DNA of 64,000 bases from Escherichia phage PhaxI, in the sequence record JN673056. One strand, given 5' to 3'. The notes under the pieces were generated by a model. That model had not been told where the DNA came from. It made no database searches and saw nothing but the letters and a program-made list of their open reading frames with translations. Below are positions 19,858-29,585 of this stretch, in pieces. The position numbers were made by a program, and so were the translations under genes. Positions within the stretch are counted from its first letter, which is position 1, and each line of letters begins with the position of its first letter.

Positions 19858-19915
19858 AATATTTTCCTCAAGATTTAAATATATTTAGTTGAATTTGTTT
19901 TTAAGGTGAATCAAT

Positions 19916-20626
19916 ATGATCGTCCTGACAGAAGGAATTGCTTCTAAAAGAATCAAATCATATGCTTCTTCTAGAGGTGGAATATTTCACGGATTTGTCG
20001 GTGGTAAATTTGTCACCAACCAAACTAAGTGCATTTTGTCTTGCGAATTTGGTCATGAATGGAACTCAGCAACTTATGCGAATTTGATAAATAAAGGAAG
20101 TTGGTGTCCTTCGTGTCGTGGAAACAAGAAGATCTCAAATGAAGAAGCTAAAATCAGGATATCGGAGTACGCCGTAAGCAACGGTGGTAAATTCATAAAT
20201 TTCATTGGCGGGAAGTACAAAGACAACGTGACAATTTGTGTCATGGAATGTTCTGAAACGCACAGGTGGGAATCCAGGTACGGTAATTTAGTCAACAGCC
20301 GAAGTTGGTGTCCGTATTGCGCAGAATCGGGTTACAATTATTCTAAGGAAGGTTTCTTATATATTCTAGTCAACGACGAAGGTTGTATGAAAGTGGGAAT
20401 AACCAACTCGCCTAAGAAACGTATAAATTGTTTGAGAAGCACCACCCCGTTTTACTTCAACGTTCTAGAAATATTTAATTCAACTGACGGATTATTTGTT
20501 TCCAGGTTGGAAAGAATTGCCCATAGAATGTGTAAGAGCGCGGGGTATAAGGATTTTGACGGTGCTACCGAATGGTTTGTATACGATGGATCAGTCGTAG
20601 ATTTTATCAGAAATATTTTGAAGTAG
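19916..20626 (+). CDS. T5orf172-type (GIY-YIG superfamily) endonuclease-like protein with tandem zinc-ribbon repeats
   Basis: 236 aa; two repeats of C..C.(FGH/ETH).W......WCP.C; C-terminal GFLYILVNDEGCMKVGITNSPKKR ... EWF matches the T5orf172 pattern; opposite strand to the flanking neck genes. Confidence 0.6.
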   Translation: MIVLTEGIASKRIKSYASSRGGIFHGFVGGKFVTNQTKCILSCEFGHEWNSATYANLINKGSWCPSCRGNKKISNEEAKIRISEYAVSNGGKFINFIGGKYKDNVTICVMECSETHRWESRYGNLVNSRSWCPYCAESGYNYSKEGFLYILVNDEGCMKVGITNSPKKRINCLRSTTPFYFNVLEIFNSTDGLFVSRLERIAHRMCKSAGYKDFDGATEWFVYDGSVVDFIRNILK

Positions 20627-20688
20627 CCATGACTTTACCTCAATTTTGAAGGTATTTAGTCAATCATTAATTCTTTTGAGAATGATAA

Positions 20689-20901
20689 ATGATGGTGGAA
20701 GATATTAAAGAAACTCGTGACGGAAGGCGTGTGAGAATTATCTGTGTAGACGCTAAATCCGCCGATGGTTCATATAACATTGTGGGTCTTATCAAAGACG
20801 AAAAGGGAAATGATTTTATTGAATGGTGGGATGAAAAGAACTTGGTTGATGGTTATATTCTAGCAAATTCAAATCCTTCCGACCGCGACATCAAGTTATA
20901 A
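20689..20901 (+). CDS. hypothetical small protein
   Basis: 70-aa ORF downstream of the endonuclease-like gene; ends at a bidirectional terminator. Confidence 0.4.
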   Translation: MMVEDIKETRDGRRVRIICVDAKSADGSYNIVGLIKDEKGNDFIEWWDEKNLVDGYILANSNPSDRDIKL

Positions 20902-20903
20902 AA

Positions 20904-20927
20904 GAAAGGCGGGATAACCCGCCTTTC
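20904..20927. terminator. bidirectional hairpin terminator
   Basis: AAAGGCGGG-ATAA-CCCGCCTTT perfect 9-bp hairpin between convergent genes. Confidence 0.6.
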
Positions 20928-20929
20928 TC

Positions 20930-21682
20930 TTATCCCATCATAAAATCGATAGGGTATTGCTGGCCAGTACGCAATTCTTCCTCCAACCGCTCTATCTCGG
21001 TCTCGGCCTCACTGAACATACTATCACCATCCAGTTCGATACCACCAGGGAGACGGATGCCTCTTGCCTTCTTAAGCACCTCTGCCCAACGGCGCTTGAC
21101 CAATGCAGTCGCATACGCTTTCAACCACATATCATTCCATGCTTCAGCGTTTTCTTCCGATTCGGGGTCGATATTTTGATAACAACGAAAAGCCAGGGTT
21201 TCATCAACAATGGCAGCAAACTGCGGGTAAAGGCGTCGCTGGAACTTCTTGTACACAAAATTACGGCGAACATTTAAGACGCTTGTGATATCCGACAGGC
21301 GTTGTTGCATGGAAACATAATCAATGAGACGAATAGAAACCAGCGCTGCTTTGGGGACAAGCATTGCTTGAGCCATTTGCCATTGAGGAGTTGCCCAGTT
21401 TCCGATTGACTCAATAGGAGGTCCAGGGATAACTTCAATCACATCGTCAATATCATCGGGAAATTCTATATATCCCTTGTCGATATCTTCTTGTTTAACT
21501 TGGTACAGGAAGAACGCATCTTGGCTACCATCACGATGATATTCCCAAAATTTCTGCAGAGCATCATCGACTGCATCTTCGACTTGTGAACTGTCAAGGT
21601 TAATTTGGATCACAGGAGCGCCCAATTTACGCAAGACATAATTCATAAAAGATTTTTTGTCTCGAATCTTATTGACGGCCAT
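20930..21682 (-). CDS. neck protein (gp13-like)
   Basis: 250 aa from ATG at 21682 with SD AAAGGGGA (track start 21739 is further upstream); synteny. Confidence 0.45.
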   Translation of the reverse strand: MAVNKIRDKKSFMNYVLRKLGAPVIQINLDSSQVEDAVDDALQKFWEYHRDGSQDAFFLYQVKQEDIDKGYIEFPDDIDDVIEVIPGPPIESIGNWATPQWQMAQAMLVPKAALVSIRLIDYVSMQQRLSDITSVLNVRRNFVYKKFQRRLYPQFAAIVDETLAFRCYQNIDPESEENAEAWNDMWLKAYATALVKRRWAEVLKKARGIRLPGGIELDGDSMFSEAETEIERLEEELRTGQQYPIDFMMG

Positions 21683-22010
21683 TGTTATTCCCCTTTTGCT
21701 GCAAATCAGATACAGTAATCCGCAGTGTGCGAACATCATCTGAAAGACTGCTGCTATTGAGTTTTAACTCAGCCATGTTTTGTTTGACATATGCGAGGTC
21801 AGTATTCATGATCGCCATACGTTCACTCATGTCATTCACTTTCTGAAGAACTTGATCCATCTTGTTGGAATCTCGTTCCAATACATTCACGCGCGTTTCC
21901 ATCCCGCCCATGAACCAAAGGAACGATGCTGCCGAGACCAATGCAGAAGCCACGACGGCAGTTAAGATACCACGGATGTCAAGCCCCGTTCTTTCAGCTT
22001 GCGTCGCCAT
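21669..22010 (-). CDS. membrane-anchored coiled-coil protein
   Basis: 113 aa; N-terminal hydrophobic helix then heptad-like region. Confidence 0.4.
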   Translation of the reverse strand: MATQAERTGLDIRGILTAVVASALVSAASFLWFMGGMETRVNVLERDSNKMDQVLQKVNDMSERMAIMNTDLAYVKQNMAELKLNSSSLSDDVRTLRITVSDLQQKGNNNGRQ

Positions 22011-22281
22011 TCTGACCTCCTTCGGGGATTTCGATCCCCAACTTTTCGGCCATCATTTTGATTGTCGCCTCCAGATTAGATATCTGGTTTGATTGTTCAA
22101 CAATGGTGGCTTCACGAGTTTCATTGCGTTGACGGGCTTGCAATGCAGCCATGCCAGCAGCGTGATCGGTGCAAATAATCGCGCCAGGGCAAGAACTGCT
22201 TCTCAACATGGATGCGTGCCCCTGTACTTTCATTCCACGCATATTTTTATCCTCTATTGGTTTGGTGGGCGTAAAGCCCAC
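21994..22281 (-). CDS. hypothetical small protein
   Basis: 95-aa ORF; start uncertain. Confidence 0.3.
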   Translation of the reverse strand: MGFTPTKPIEDKNMRGMKVQGHASMLRSSSCPGAIICTDHAAGMAALQARQRNETREATIVEQSNQISNLEATIKMMAEKLGIEIPEGGQNGDAS

Positions 22282-22295
22282 CTTTCAACATTATT

Positions 22296-25200
22296 TCATG
22301 CCAGAGCAATAAGACGGAAGTCTTTGAATGAAGGAGGAGCAACTCGGTTCCCCCTTACAAGTGCTCTGACTTTCAGTCCAACGAACGGATTGTTGCTTGC
22401 CACAGTCTTATCATACTCATATTCAAAGAATGTAGAACCGTCGTTAACCAGAGGCGAAGTTGGAGTAACGTCTTCCCAATCCACGCTATCCATCTCTTGA
22501 CCTGCTCGGAGCAGTTTTACCTGCACCTTCATGGAGGATTGAGAAGGCAGCATCGCCCCGAAGAACAACTTCACAGTAGAACACGGATTATCAAATCCGA
22601 TGTCCTTTGTCACGTATTTGAAGACATCTTCAAATGGATCCACACCGTATGAGTTGAAGATTACGCTCAGGTCATCGCCATCAATCATTGGAGCAGTGTA
22701 CACGTTGTTTTCACTACGCGTCATGGTGGCTCGGATTTGGAAATCCCCGACCTGACGATAGATACCTTCAGTCGGCAATGCCACGTCAGTGTCAGTTTCA
22801 AACTCAGCCCAATCAGACATAGAATTTGAAGTGGCATCGCGATAACGGTATTCCAATTTCAGAATTGAACCTTCCAGAGCCGAATTGGTAACGCTGGCAT
22901 AGAACATATCAACCAGATAATTGCCCAAGAAAGAAGCATTATCTCCACCGATTTGTCCATTGCTGTCTGCTGCCGTACCGACGTCAATCTTGAATGAAGT
23001 ATAGCTCGCATCTGTCACAGTAAACGTTTTGTTAAGTTGTTCAGGAGTAAAGCCACAACCGCCTGTCAATTCAGAAAGAGTGACATTGTTCCCAGCAACC
23101 AAACCATGACCAGGTGCAAACACAGTCACAACAGAAGACCCGCTTACGCAGTTCAGAGTATTCAATCCCAACGGACGTTGTTTTGGCCCGAGCTTCGGAT
23201 CAAATGTTACAACGTTCTGCCCCGCAGCGAAGTTACAACGATATATGCGGAATTTCATATCAGCCATTTGGTTTGGAGACCATGTAGAACCGTTTGAAGA
23301 AGTGAAGAACACCCCTGTATACGGTTGTTTGGCGATATATTCGTTGGACAGAAGGTTTTTCTTGCCCATTTCCGCGATATACGCGTTGTAATCCTGAGTA
23401 TTCGCCAACAAAACGATAGCAAACTCAGTCGATGCTTGCAGATACACCGGATAATCAAAGGTGAACTTCGTACCGCCGGAAGAGTCTGTAGAGATCGTCA
23501 CTTCAGACGGGTTCAAAGTTTTACGAGTAATGACTGTATGAGAAGGTAAGCCATTCTCCATCTCGCGAATTTCCAGAGTGATCGGAACATCACGTGACTT
23601 GGTAGAGAAGAATACTTCCACGCCTTCAATATACTCGCCGCCATTCTTAGTCGCTACCATAAACGATTGGGCAATCGGATCACGCCATTGGTCGACCACA
23701 ACTTCAGAAGTGCTGGTTTCGGTGCGAGTACTAGCAGTGTAACCCAGGACACGAGTGTTGACAAAGGTCTTTTGAATACCTTGTTTCTTACCGAAAGATT
23801 TATGAACAATTTCTGCATTGGTCAGTGTATCATCCGCAGATTTACTGTCAACAGGGCTATCCGTTAAGCGGAACACGTTGTCGCCTGTGTTGAACTTGAT
23901 TGTATCGTTCTGTGGAACGCGGAATATACCTTTAACAGCACCATTGGCATCAGTGGTGATTGGGTCACCGAAATTACCACCATTCGGTTTGCAATACAGA
24001 TTGACGTCACGACCAGAGAAGAACGCATACATACGAGTGAAAGGTCGCAGCCCAGATGCGTCGAAAGAAATATCGATCTCGCGCATGTATGGGATAACTT
24101 GCGTCTCCACAATCTGTTCACCAGTCATGGTCGTGGTTGTTTTGTCCGTGTATGTATATGCGGTGACATCACGGGCAGAAACAGTCGTGCGGTAAGGATA
24201 TCCCCCCCACACACCACCAGCGCCATGCGGTTCCCAAACACGATCAGAAACAGAAACAGTATGCCATGTTCCGTACACTGAACCTTCTTGTACAGTACCA
24301 CGGGTGTTGATCGTTTCATTGATAATACGCGGCGCAACATAATAGTTTTCGAACCAGTAGTCTGTGGTCGGGTTAATCTTCAAGAAACCTTCCCAATTGA
24401 ATACTGCATACGGGTTAACGTTGATCGTCGTCGTCGCATATTCTTGGTTCACTGAGATTTCAGGCGTGTAATTACAAACCACCATCCCATCCATCACTTT
24501 GTTCCAGCCAACAGGAGTCATGTCAACAACGTTCTGTTGTACAAACGGGCGTAGACGTCCGTTTTCGGTATCGATAGAACCCATCCAATCTTCAGACAAG
24601 TCATCAATCAACCGGAAGTCTTTGAACGGATCAGCTGCAATACCATTTTTGAAACGGGGATTGCCCGTGATGGGGTCGAACACTTGCTGTGTCATCGCTG
24701 AAGATTCCAACTGTGACAGAGAGGTATAGTATTCAACATTGGAAATACGGGTTTCCAGTTTACCGATATCGCGCATTGTATACCGACGATTATCAATAGT
24801 TCGAATTTGGATATCATCAATATTCGGCGTATACGGCGGGATCAACAGTTCATACAAACGCATGGCGTTCGCTGGGATTGCTGGAGAAGCCAGGTTGTTA
24901 GAACTGATGCCACGAGCCACTCCGAACACGCCGTTGTCTGCCAGATAAATCGCGTCGATGCGCGGCAGATAATATTCTGTGTCCAGAATAACTGCAGTGT
25001 TTGGACGAACCATATCTGTGTCAGAAGTTCCGTTGGTGATTTTCGGACGGAAATCCAAACTATCTGCCAGGCCGTACACCGCGCCTGATGTAGAAGATGT
25101 ATAATTCGGGATATCTTTATAATCCATCGAAGTATACGAATCAGCAGAGAAGAAATCACCGGAACTGTGGGCGAAGTATTGATACACCACTGTATACGTC

Positions 25201-27134
25201 CCTGAGATTGCTCCAGCGCTGGATAACAAGTTAGACTTGTAATACCCTGCATCACGCTGTCCGCCGTCTAGGACGAAGCTGGAGGTCACGTCTGCGCCAG
25301 TATCGTTTTTTACCGACACCAATTTCCAACCATCGTGATTCGCCAAAGGACGGCTAGTCTGCGAGGTGAACGTCACTGTTTCAGTTGTTTCAGTGATGGT
25401 CTTCGTTTTGATTGTGGCCGTGGTACGAATCATCAGCGCCAGCAAATTGATTGACTGGTTAGCATTACCACTGCCTAGAGAAATCTGCAGCGCCGAACCG
25501 ACCGGAGAACCAGTCAAAGACAAAGAACCAGAGATATCGAACTGCGCTTCAGAACCATCAGATTTCGCTGCAGAGTACAACGAAAATTCTGGGGAAAAAC
25601 TATATCCCAATGGAGCAGAAATAGAACCCGCGCCGCTGTTGTCCAACGTCACTTTATACGTTCTGAGAACAGTGTAGTTGATATCCACGGAGCCAGTTGG
25701 TGCTAAAGTCTTGACACCGAATACCGGAAGAGAGAAGATCAGATCTATCATAGAACTCTGGTTAAACTGATTGGATTCCAGTTCAGCAGAGAACATGGTG
25801 ATACCGCTTTCTTCGTAAGACACTTTGGTGATAGTGGACGCGTCCCCAGTCACAACTAAATCACGCATGTACAGGCGGAATTCAGTTGAATTGCGTTCAG
25901 CGGATATACACAACGCCGTGGCTTGAGTAGCGCCGGATGCATTCAATAACTTGTATCGCACAGTGCGAGATATTACTGGAACACCTTTGGAGTTCTTGGT
26001 GACCAGATAATTCCCTGTAGCAACTGCGACAGGCGTGTTATTCAGGACATCGGTATCCCGTGCCTTGTCAACGATCACCAACTCTTCCCCGACGTTTTCG
26101 ATACGACGACCGCGAACATAGGAAATACCTGGTTTCATTACAGACACGAATTTACTTTCGTCGCCGCCATCAGCAGCATTGAATACACCACCATTGTTAT
26201 TGACTTTCAGGTGTTCGCGGATGTCGATCTGGTGCGTTGAAACGTTGTAATCGCCGTTGGTTTCATACGTCCGTTGGGCCAACGTGTCTTCCAGAATATT
26301 ATAGGTGGACTGAGTCACCATAGACTGGATTTTACCATCACGAACTTTGGCCAGTTCAACAAAGTCTTCAACCACAGCATCATAATCAAATCGAGATAAG
26401 ACCAGATCTATTCGAAGACGATGAGCGCCTGGGGCTTTGGAGTTAATCGTTCCCTGAGCATTTGAATAAAGGGATTCGTCTTCAGATTCAGTCACGATGG
26501 TTTCAGTGACTTTAAATCCGACGCGGTGGGAAGACGTGTTCGAAGTTTTATCAACGATAAGAGTTGCGTCATCAACGTCTAGGAACATCCCACGAATGAA
26601 GTAAACGCCTTTCGTCATACGAGCAACGATAGAACCAGTCACAGCAGCCGCGATACCATAACCAATACGAATGAAATTATCATTCACGTCGTAAGTCTGG
26701 AAATACAGATTATCGTTAACATGGAATCCGTCAGCATTACCCGCTTCAGTCATCTCAAGGATAGCCAGCATTGTATCAGGAGCAGACAGATCACGTTCAA
26801 GAGACAACACACGCGCTTTGGCGTTATTGTCTTTCCCCAAAACGTAGAGTTCAGAAATACCTTCCAGATCAGTGAATTCAGTACCACCAGCCAAAGTGAA
26901 TTTCAAAGAGACTGCGGCATTGGTAATCGTCAGACCACCAGGGATAACCATAGAACCATCTTTGAACAAATGGTTGCCCAGTTTTTCAATTTGATCCTGA
27001 AGAATAGTCTGCATCTGGTTCAGTTCGCGAGTCTGAACCTTGATAGGCATCGGACGAAAAAGAATCCGTGAAAAACGTTTCCCAGGATTCCAGTCATCCC
27101 AATACGGGCGACGGTTTAAATTTGTAGATTGCAT
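22296..27134 (-). CDS. very large virion structural protein (1612 aa), putative tail fiber/baseplate-associated
   Basis: Single uninterrupted ORF; Thr/Ser/Asn/Gly-rich beta-type composition; CTAAATAT motif about 34 nt upstream; terminator upstream at 27201-27226. Confidence 0.6.
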   Translation of the reverse strand: MQSTNLNRRPYWDDWNPGKRFSRILFRPMPIKVQTRELNQMQTILQDQIEKLGNHLFKDGSMVIPGGLTITNAAVSLKFTLAGGTEFTDLEGISELYVLGKDNNAKARVLSLERDLSAPDTMLAILEMTEAGNADGFHVNDNLYFQTYDVNDNFIRIGYGIAAAVTGSIVARMTKGVYFIRGMFLDVDDATLIVDKTSNTSSHRVGFKVTETIVTESEDESLYSNAQGTINSKAPGAHRLRIDLVLSRFDYDAVVEDFVELAKVRDGKIQSMVTQSTYNILEDTLAQRTYETNGDYNVSTHQIDIREHLKVNNNGGVFNAADGGDESKFVSVMKPGISYVRGRRIENVGEELVIVDKARDTDVLNNTPVAVATGNYLVTKNSKGVPVISRTVRYKLLNASGATQATALCISAERNSTEFRLYMRDLVVTGDASTITKVSYEESGITMFSAELESNQFNQSSMIDLIFSLPVFGVKTLAPTGSVDINYTVLRTYKVTLDNSGAGSISAPLGYSFSPEFSLYSAAKSDGSEAQFDISGSLSLTGSPVGSALQISLGSGNANQSINLLALMIRTTATIKTKTITETTETVTFTSQTSRPLANHDGWKLVSVKNDTGADVTSSFVLDGGQRDAGYYKSNLLSSAGAISGTYTVVYQYFAHSSGDFFSADSYTSMDYKDIPNYTSSTSGAVYGLADSLDFRPKITNGTSDTDMVRPNTAVILDTEYYLPRIDAIYLADNGVFGVARGISSNNLASPAIPANAMRLYELLIPPYTPNIDDIQIRTIDNRRYTMRDIGKLETRISNVEYYTSLSQLESSAMTQQVFDPITGNPRFKNGIAADPFKDFRLIDDLSEDWMGSIDTENGRLRPFVQQNVVDMTPVGWNKVMDGMVVCNYTPEISVNQEYATTTINVNPYAVFNWEGFLKINPTTDYWFENYYVAPRIINETINTRGTVQEGSVYGTWHTVSVSDRVWEPHGAGGVWGGYPYRTTVSARDVTAYTYTDKTTTTMTGEQIVETQVIPYMREIDISFDASGLRPFTRMYAFFSGRDVNLYCKPNGGNFGDPITTDANGAVKGIFRVPQNDTIKFNTGDNVFRLTDSPVDSKSADDTLTNAEIVHKSFGKKQGIQKTFVNTRVLGYTASTRTETSTSEVVVDQWRDPIAQSFMVATKNGGEYIEGVEVFFSTKSRDVPITLEIREMENGLPSHTVITRKTLNPSEVTISTDSSGGTKFTFDYPVYLQASTEFAIVLLANTQDYNAYIAEMGKKNLLSNEYIAKQPYTGVFFTSSNGSTWSPNQMADMKFRIYRCNFAAGQNVVTFDPKLGPKQRPLGLNTLNCVSGSSVVTVFAPGHGLVAGNNVTLSELTGGCGFTPEQLNKTFTVTDASYTSFKIDVGTAADSNGQIGGDNASFLGNYLVDMFYASVTNSALEGSILKLEYRYRDATSNSMSDWAEFETDTDVALPTEGIYRQVGDFQIRATMTRSENNVYTAPMIDGDDLSVIFNSYGVDPFEDVFKYVTKDIGFDNPCSTVKLFFGAMLPSQSSMKVQVKLLRAGQEMDSVDWEDVTPTSPLVNDGSTFFEYEYDKTVASNNPFVGLKVRALVRGNRVAPPSFKDFRLIALA

Positions 27135-27167
27135 TTTGATGCTCCATCGATTGCCATTTTATAGAGA

Positions 27168-27174
27168 TATTTAG
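27168..27174 (-). promoter_or_regulatory. late-promoter-like motif CTAAATAT
   Basis: About 34 nt upstream of the 1612-aa gene, downstream of a terminator hairpin. Confidence 0.4.
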
Positions 27175-27200
27175 TATACAGCCAATAAACAGATAGAAAT

Positions 27201-27226
27201 AAAAACCCCGCCTAAGCGGGGGTTTT
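27201..27226. terminator. hairpin terminator
   Basis: CCCCGC-CTAA-GCGGGG hairpin flanked by A-run and TTTTG. Confidence 0.55.
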
Positions 27227-27291
27227 GTTAAACAGTTACGTTATAATGTTTACTACATCATTAAAATATTGATTAATTTACTACTATGCTG

Positions 27292-29535
27292 TTAATCAGT
27301 ATACGCCATCAAGAACATAATAAGCTCATCATAGCGTACTCCGTACCTTACTCCTGCTGGTTTAACTATTACAACTTCTTCTAACGTTTCTGGATTAATG
27401 ATTATTTCAGAAGACGCTTCCCATTCGTCCTTGCACCAGAATGCGTAATCCTCTGGTTTAAGTCCGTGCTTTGTCAGGATAGAACCAACAGTTTGCGCAC
27501 CAACGCCGAAGTGGACTCGTGCAGACTCTTCTCCCTTAATTTCTATAGCGTCAGTAAACTTATAGCGAATAATATTATTGCGAATTTCATTAGCCGCTTC
27601 CCTTTCCGCACTCTCGTTTGTTGCTGGGGTTTTTACCTTCAGTGTTTCATCGGAGGTGCTTATTGTTCCCGTTGCAGCATAGACAACAGACCATCTATGT
27701 GATGTATATCCTAATACGGTCGTATTGTCTGTATCAGGCATAAATCCATTGTATCCACCAATCTTAAGGTCGCCATTTGGGTTTCCGGATGACGTTTTAC
27801 CATCATAACTTCTCAGAGTTACTCCTTTCGTTCCGGCAGTGGTATCTACCAAGATACCAGCGTTGGTAGAACCTAGAAGCTGAATTCCACTATTATCATT
27901 ACGCAAATCCTGCACAGGTGCTTCAAGTACAGTTGCTGTAAATTTCCATTTTGTATCGGAATAAAATTCAGCAGGTGAAGTATCATCACTTTGTATGATT
28001 ACCGCTTGTTTGCCAGATTCTCTTCTACGACACCAGCAATATTTTTCTGGGTTGGATCCCAGTTACTAGAGACAAGCACCCCATCAAATTCTACTAATGA
28101 TTCAAAAGGTTTACCTACTGCACGCGTTGGGGTTTGGGACAAAAATACCCCAGTTCCAATCAAAGAAATTGTTATACGTACCAACATTATCATCTATCTG
28201 ATACCCACGAGTGCATAATTCGCCAAAATAACCATAGAATCGCAAGTTACCAGCAACTTGGGTGTCACTGCTCACCCTTTTAACAACACGTACCGCACAA
28301 GGTACATCAGCAGGCCAAGTGCCTTGTGTGATGTTCTCTGAATGTCCACCGAATACGCGAAGGCTATCTGTACTTTCAATCCAGAAGCTACAGTTACCGG
28401 TTGCATGGTGCGGGTCGTATATATGAATGCGGGTATTATTATTATCGCCACTCTCTGATCGTTCGAAGAAGAAACCACAGTCAACACGTTCGAAGTTAGG
28501 ATTCATAATGGAATGGTAATAAGCACCACTATTGCTACCACCTACAGTTGGGCCAGGTTTGAACTTGATACCAATCTTAACACCACGTGCTCGTGGGTTC
28601 TCCATTACACAGAACTGCTGAGATACACGCACTGTTGTTTGAGTTTCATTTTCTGGTGCAATAGCATAGGCGATAACGTCAGTGTGGTTACTTGGGTTAA
28701 TTACTGTTGGATTTATAACGTGGCAGAAATCATGACTCATGCGAATACAGGTAATGTTATTGGCACCTGCCACAATCACTGTCCCAGTGAAATCCAGATA
28801 GCGAGTTGACATTACATCCTGGGTATATGAACCGTCAAATTTCATTACGAGGCTATTCGTAATGAGATACTTAGCCCCAGGTCTGCCAACCAACTTACCG
28901 AAAGGTATCCCCTCTAGCCACACTAATGCTTCCAACATTGAGGCAGTGTCATTAGTAACCCCATCTCCAATCGCACCAAACTCTTCAAATGATTTTATTG
29001 TAGTAACCCGATGGGCAATTTGGTCAATTGTTGGACCATACTTTGTTAGGTCAGTTATAAGAGACGTAGCCCCAACACTAACCCAAGCACCCACGCCAAT
29101 CCCGCCAGATTCTTCTGGTGTTGAACTGGCAGGTACACTTTTAGGCAATGCCCCATCCCAACGGTATCTACCATCTGTAAAAGTAACCAATTCATTCTTG
29201 GTATTAACAGTTACACCAGTAGAGAATGAACCAGGTAGAGTTACATACTCTTCACGAGTAACAGCTAATGCACCAAGGTCTACATTACCTCCAGAATGAA
29301 CCAATACACCAGCAGTATTAAGACTGACGGCAGTAGTACCAGCACCAAGGTCAGTAGGTAAGGAATAAGCTCTCTGTGTTACTTTATCATAGATGACTTT
29401 ATAGCCACTTAATACAGCACCGATAGAGAAGTAAACAACCTCAGATTGCTTAACTCCAAAGTGACGAGCTACTGCTTGCTTGTTGGTTAAGATTCCAGTT
29501 GAACCTTTTCCACCTTGTGAGAACAGTTCGTTCAT
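27292..29535 (-). pseudogene. tailspike/tail fiber gene with C-terminal intramolecular chaperone-like domain, apparently interrupted by two frameshifts
   Basis: Three ORF pieces: frame A 28111-29535, frame B 27999-28193, frame A again open from 28062 to 27292 with no ATG (track start is GTG at 27915); C-terminal piece has SDETLK and YGVRYDELIMFL, typical of autocleaving chaperone domains. Confidence 0.5.
28111..29535 (-). CDS. tailspike N-terminal/central portion (474-aa ORF)
   Basis: N-terminal domain VYFSIGAVLSGYKVIYDKVTQRAYSLP...YRWDG shared with the 1036-aa tailspike; beta-helix-like repeats. Confidence 0.6.
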   Translation of the reverse strand: MNELFSQGGKGSTGILTNKQAVARHFGVKQSEVVYFSIGAVLSGYKVIYDKVTQRAYSLPTDLGAGTTAVSLNTAGVLVHSGGNVDLGALAVTREEYVTLPGSFSTGVTVNTKNELVTFTDGRYRWDGALPKSVPASSTPEESGGIGVGAWVSVGATSLITDLTKYGPTIDQIAHRVTTIKSFEEFGAIGDGVTNDTASMLEALVWLEGIPFGKLVGRPGAKYLITNSLVMKFDGSYTQDVMSTRYLDFTGTVIVAGANNITCIRMSHDFCHVINPTVINPSNHTDVIAYAIAPENETQTTVRVSQQFCVMENPRARGVKIGIKFKPGPTVGGSNSGAYYHSIMNPNFERVDCGFFFERSESGDNNNTRIHIYDPHHATGNCSFWIESTDSLRVFGGHSENITQGTWPADVPCAVRVVKRVSSDTQVAGNLRFYGYFGELCTRGYQIDDNVGTYNNFFDWNWGIFVPNPNACSR

Positions 29536-29585
29536 ACATACCTCTTTGTTTTTCTAGTGATATCCCTCCGAAGAGGGGTATATTT

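Noticed and set aside
23037-25677. Many 60-140 aa ORFs on both strands inside the 1612-aa gene and the tailspike genes
   Set aside because: All are nested within long uninterrupted ORFs with coherent protein-like sequence; treated as spurious.
28141-28152. CAAAAATACCCC resembling the late motif inside tailspike coding sequence
   Set aside because: Plus-strand orientation with no plus-strand gene downstream; one mismatch to the motif; it encodes the WGIFV peptide, so likely coincidental.
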